A stretch of 63,813 nucleotides of DNA, counting the filler. It is 5 parts of 5 records of this genome, joined end to end, with 100 filler letters (N's around TTAATTAATTAA, not from the genome) between each part and the next. Parts side by side here need not be neighbours in the genome. Positions count along the whole stretch, not along the records: positions 56,627 to 63,813 come from SRR31156797_26099; 4 more parts are not named here. The stretch is one strand, 5' to 3'. Of the stretch, positions 60,608 through 63,813 are shown in pieces. Made by a program: the position numbers and the translations under genes. Positions within the stretch are counted from its first letter, which is position 1, and each line of letters opens with the position of its first letter. The notes under the pieces were generated by a model. That model saw only the letters and a list, made by a program, of their open reading frames with translations. It made no database searches and had not been told where the DNA came from.

Positions 60608-62824
60608 ATGATTATGAGATTATCTATAAGATACAAGATTCTCTTATCCATAGGCGTTATCATAACAGCTGTCATGGGGGTTAGTACGGTAGCGTTCATC
60701 CAGCAGCTGAAGCAAAGTTATTTAGAAGCGGTGCAGCAGCGCTCTACCGCGTTTACCGGCGAGATCGTATCCGATATAGAAACACAAAGGCGTAAAACAG
60801 ATAATGTCTCCTGGATCCTCAAAATACAGACCATCAAATGCATACAACTGTATGATTCGGGACTGATAGAAGACGTTAACTATATCGCCGTTTCAGATAA
60901 TGCCGGCACATTGGTTGCGCACAGCGACCATAGCCTGATAGGAGGAATGCTGGGGGAAGAGAGCCTGATAAAGATACAGAGCGCCGGAGAGGCGGGAACA
61001 TTCCGTTTGAATCAGAGTTACCTGACCTTGATTCCGGTATTCGATGACGCGGCTGTGTTTATGGGGACCGTTATCGTGTCCATCGGAAGCCGGGAAATAG
61101 ACAGAGCCGTCAGCGATATTGTGCAGACAGCGCTTTTGATATTTCTCATATCAGTAATCGTCGGAGCTATTATCCTCTATCCTCTGCTTCATAAACTCCT
61201 TATAAAGCCTATCACAGAACTGAATAACGCCACGGAAAGCATTGCGGGGGGCAATCTGAATGCAGAAATCAAGGTAACAAGCAAGGACGAGTTGGGTTTT
61301 CTCGCCACCAGCATCACAAATATGAGGGATTCGATCAAAGAGAAGATTGCCGCTTTAAAGGAGTATCAGGACAGCCTTGAAGAGCAGGTGGATCAGAGGA
61401 CCGCCGATCTTGTCAAAGCGAAAGAAAATGCGGAAATGGCAAACAAGGCGAAATCAGAATTTCTTGCGAATATGTCTCATGAGATACGGACGCCGATGAA
61501 CGCCATTCTGGGGTTCAGCGAGATTCTGTTCAGAAAGGAGGTAGACCAGGAAAAGCTCCATTTTCTGGAAGCCATAAACCTAAGCGGCAAGGCTCTTCTG
61601 TCCATCATCAACGACATTCTCGATCTCTCCAAGATAGAGTCGGGAAAACAAAAGATTCAATATACCTCCATTGCTTTGAAAGCACTTACGAAAGAGCTTC
61701 AGGCTATGTTCTTACAAAGAACGGAGGAAAAAGGCCTATCCTTCAGTATCAATACTGATGATGGACTTCCCGAAGCTCTCATACTCGATCATATCCATTT
61801 GAGGCAGGTTATGATCAACCTGATCAATAACGCCATAAAGTTTACGGATGCGGGCTTTATCAAAGTGAATTTCACAGAAGTGAAAACCGATCAGGAGAAA
61901 ATCGGCAGCGTCCGCCTTCAGATAGAGATCCGCGACAGCGGCATTGGGATACCGGAAGATGACCAGAAAAGGATCTTTAACAGCTTTGAGCAGATGCGGG
62001 AGCAGGATAATCGTCAATACGGAGGAACCGGCCTGGGGCTCACCATCAGCAAGAACCTGGTGGAACTGATGGGCGGCAGCATCTCCCTGGAAAGCAAGCG
62101 GGGGGAAGGGACGATCTTCAAATTGGAATTTCCCGAAGTGGAAATCTCTTCGGGAACGGTAGAAGTGCAGACAATGGATTCCTACGATACCCCGGTAGAC
62201 TTTGATCCGGCGACGATTCTGATAGTTGACGACATTGACTACAATAGGATGGTCCTTTCCTCCTTTCTGCAGGATTGGGATTTTACCATCCATTTCGGAG
62301 AAAACGGAGAGGAGGCGGTTGAGTTGTCTCAGTCGGTGGAACCCGACATTATATTTATGGACATGAAAATGCCCGTTCTGTCCGGATACGATGCGTCGAA
62401 GATTATAAAAATGGACGAACGGACAAAATCCATCCCGATTATAGCCGTCACGGCTTCGGCGCTGAAGAGCGATGAGACCTACATATCCCAACTCTGCGAT
62501 GGATATTTACGAAAGCCGATCGACAGAAACGACTTGCTCTCTGAGTTGTCCAGATTCATTCCCAACAGAACCTGCGAAACAGCTATAGCCAGCAGTGAAG
62601 GGGAAGAGGGTTCAGAAAGCATGGAAATCCCGGATGATGAGACCATAGCCACACTTCTCAAGCTGGCACTCAAGGGCAACCTGGCGGAGATTTCAAGGCA
62701 GGCAGAAGCCCTTGAGCAAAATGAGAAAAGATTCAGATCCTTTTCATTAAAGCTCAGGGGTCTGGCTTCTGCCTACCAGGATGAACAGCTAATCGATTTT
62801 ATAGAACATTGCAGGAGATCATAG
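60608..62824 (+). CDS. Hybrid sensor histidine kinase (HAMP, HisKA, HATPase, REC)
   Basis: [39 protein letters not shown]. Confidence 0.94.
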   Translation: MIMRLSIRYKILLSIGVIITAVMGVSTVAFIQQLKQSYLEAVQQRSTAFTGEIVSDIETQRRKTDNVSWILKIQTIKCIQLYDSGLIEDVNYIAVSDNAGTLVAHSDHSLIGGMLGEESLIKIQSAGEAGTFRLNQSYLTLIPVFDDAAVFMGTVIVSIGSREIDRAVSDIVQTALLIFLISVIVGAIILYPLLHKLLIKPITELNNATESIAGGNLNAEIKVTSKDELGFLATSITNMRDSIKEKIAALKEYQDSLEEQVDQRTADLVKAKENAEMANKAKSEFLANMSHEIRTPMNAILGFSEILFRKEVDQEKLHFLEAINLSGKALLSIINDILDLSKIESGKQKIQYTSIALKALTKELQAMFLQRTEEKGLSFSINTDDGLPEALILDHIHLRQVMINLINNAIKFTDAGFIKVNFTEVKTDQEKIGSVRLQIEIRDSGIGIPEDDQKRIFNSFEQMREQDNRQYGGTGLGLTISKNLVELMGGSISLESKRGEGTIFKLEFPEVEISSGTVEVQTMDSYDTPVDFDPATILIVDDIDYNRMVLSSFLQDWDFTIHFGENGEEAVELSQSVEPDIIFMDMKMPVLSGYDASKIIKMDERTKSIPIIAVTASALKSDETYISQLCDGYLRKPIDRNDLLSELSRFIPNRTCETAIASSEGEEGSESMEIPDDETIATLLKLALKGNLAEISRQAEALEQNEKRFRSFSLKLRGLASAYQDEQLIDFIEHCRRS

Positions 62825-62825
62825 T

Positions 62826-63813
62826 ATGGCTGATGGACCGATCGATGCCCTAACAAAAAATCTTGAAGGCTCTGTGATGATCGTCGATGATAATCCATCA
62901 AACATCGGGTTGATAGAAAGCCATCTGAAAGAGTGGGGCTTGACGACCTATGTCGCCACCAGCGGAGAGCTCGCCTTAAAGAGAATAGCCTATGCCGTAC
63001 CTGACATCATACTCCTGGATATCCTCATGCCGGGGCTCAGCGGATATGAAGTATGCGAAAGAATAAAGTCTATGGAGTCGGTTGCCAAAATTCCCGTAAT
63101 CTTCATGACAGCATTGAAAAATACGGATGAAAAAATAAAAGGGTTCAACGTGGGCGCTGTCGACTTCATCACAAAACCGATCCACAAAGACGAACTTTTT
63201 GTCAGAATCCGCTCCCATCTGAGAATACACAAATACAATGAAATGCTTGAGCATGAAGTGATGGAGAGGACGAACGAAATCAAAGAGCATATGCGCTCTC
63301 TGGAGTCAGAGATTCAGAGGAGAAAAGAGACAGAACTCGCTTTGAAGGCCAGTGAAGAGAGATTCAGAACGCTTTATAATAACTCTCCGGATATGTATCT
63401 GTCCATAACCCCCGACGACTACCGTATACGCCTTTGCAATGAAACGCTCTTAAAAGTGACAGGATACGAATACGATTCCCTTATGGGCAGATCCATAGAC
63501 TTCTTTTTCGATGAGGAAAGCGTATTGTACCTCAGGAGAGCCCTCTCACGTTTTGTAGAGGTACACATCAGTCCTGAGGAAAAACTTTCCATGAGGACCT
63601 CTGACGGAAAGCATATCTATGTCAACTTAAACCTGGGAACAGTGAGAGAGGACTCCGATACTTTGCATATCATTATCAGCCTGCGGGACATCACACACCA
63701 GACGCTGATCGAGGAAGAGAAAAAAAGACTGCAGGATCAGTTGAATCACAAGAGCAAACTCGATGCCATCGGAGAACTGGCCAGCGGCATCGCTCATGAT
63801 TTCAACAATATTC
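62826..63813 (+). CDS. REC-PAS-histidine kinase, 3' truncated (not in ORF track)
   Basis: Manual translation from ATG 62826: IVDDNP, LLDILMP, ITKP, PAS region, LASGIAHDFNNI at the window end. Confidence 0.9.
   Translation, partial: MADGPIDALTKNLEGSVMIVDDNPSNIGLIESHLKEWGLTTYVATSGELALKRIAYAVPDIILLDILMPGLSGYEVCERIKSMESVAKIPVIFMTALKNTDEKIKGFNVGAVDFITKPIHKDELFVRIRSHLRIHKYNEMLEHEVMERTNEIKEHMRSLESEIQRRKETELALKASEERFRTLYNNSPDMYLSITPDDYRIRLCNETLLKVTGYEYDSLMGRSIDFFFDEESVLYLRRALSRFVEVHISPEEKLSMRTSDGKHIYVNLNLGTVREDSDTLHIIISLRDITHQTLIEEEKKRLQDQLNHKSKLDAIGELASGIAHDFNNI

Overview
The window joins five unrelated contigs with 100-nt N/TTAATTAATTAA linkers; taxon assignments are inferences from composition and gene style. 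Contig 1 (1-21992, GC-rich, deltaproteobacterial-like) has a decayed KAP-NTPase/FGE-domain gene, a sigma54 (AcoR-like) operon encoding ADH, a polyol-type ABC transporter, DUF362, LipB, a free lipoyl domain and an SDR, and a four-component corrinoid methyltransferase cluster with a GntR/corrinoid-protein pair. Contig 2 (22093-29777, GC-rich) has a lipase and an operon of GAF-MFP, an M50 protease-MFP fusion, a truncated SecA-like ATPase and a second MFP, which looks like an ABC-less export machine. Contig 3 (29878-49569, Bacteroidota-like) has a PP2C/hybrid kinase/REC operon whose first two proteins share a private 51-aa segment, a TonB receptor with DUF4249, tRNA-Pro(GGG) carrying an ~8.3-kb phage-satellite-like element (integrase, Xis, iteron-bearing Rep, scaffold-like ORF, DprA+PRTase cargo), trxB and partial rluF. 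Its tRNA is flanked by tRNA half-copies, each interrupted by a twin-hairpin insert of the same geometry. Contig 4 (49670-56526, Arcobacter-like) holds housekeeping and signalling genes, including a His-to-Tyr pseudokinase. Contig 5 (56627-63813, spirochaete-like) has an MCP, an IS630 relic and an orphan solute-binding protein coupled to two hybrid kinases. The best novelty candidates are the M50/SecA/MFP export system, the twin-hairpin tRNA-fragment element, the satellite, the DUF362-lipoyl module and the shared kinase/phosphatase segment. All family calls come from motif recognition by eye, not from database searches.
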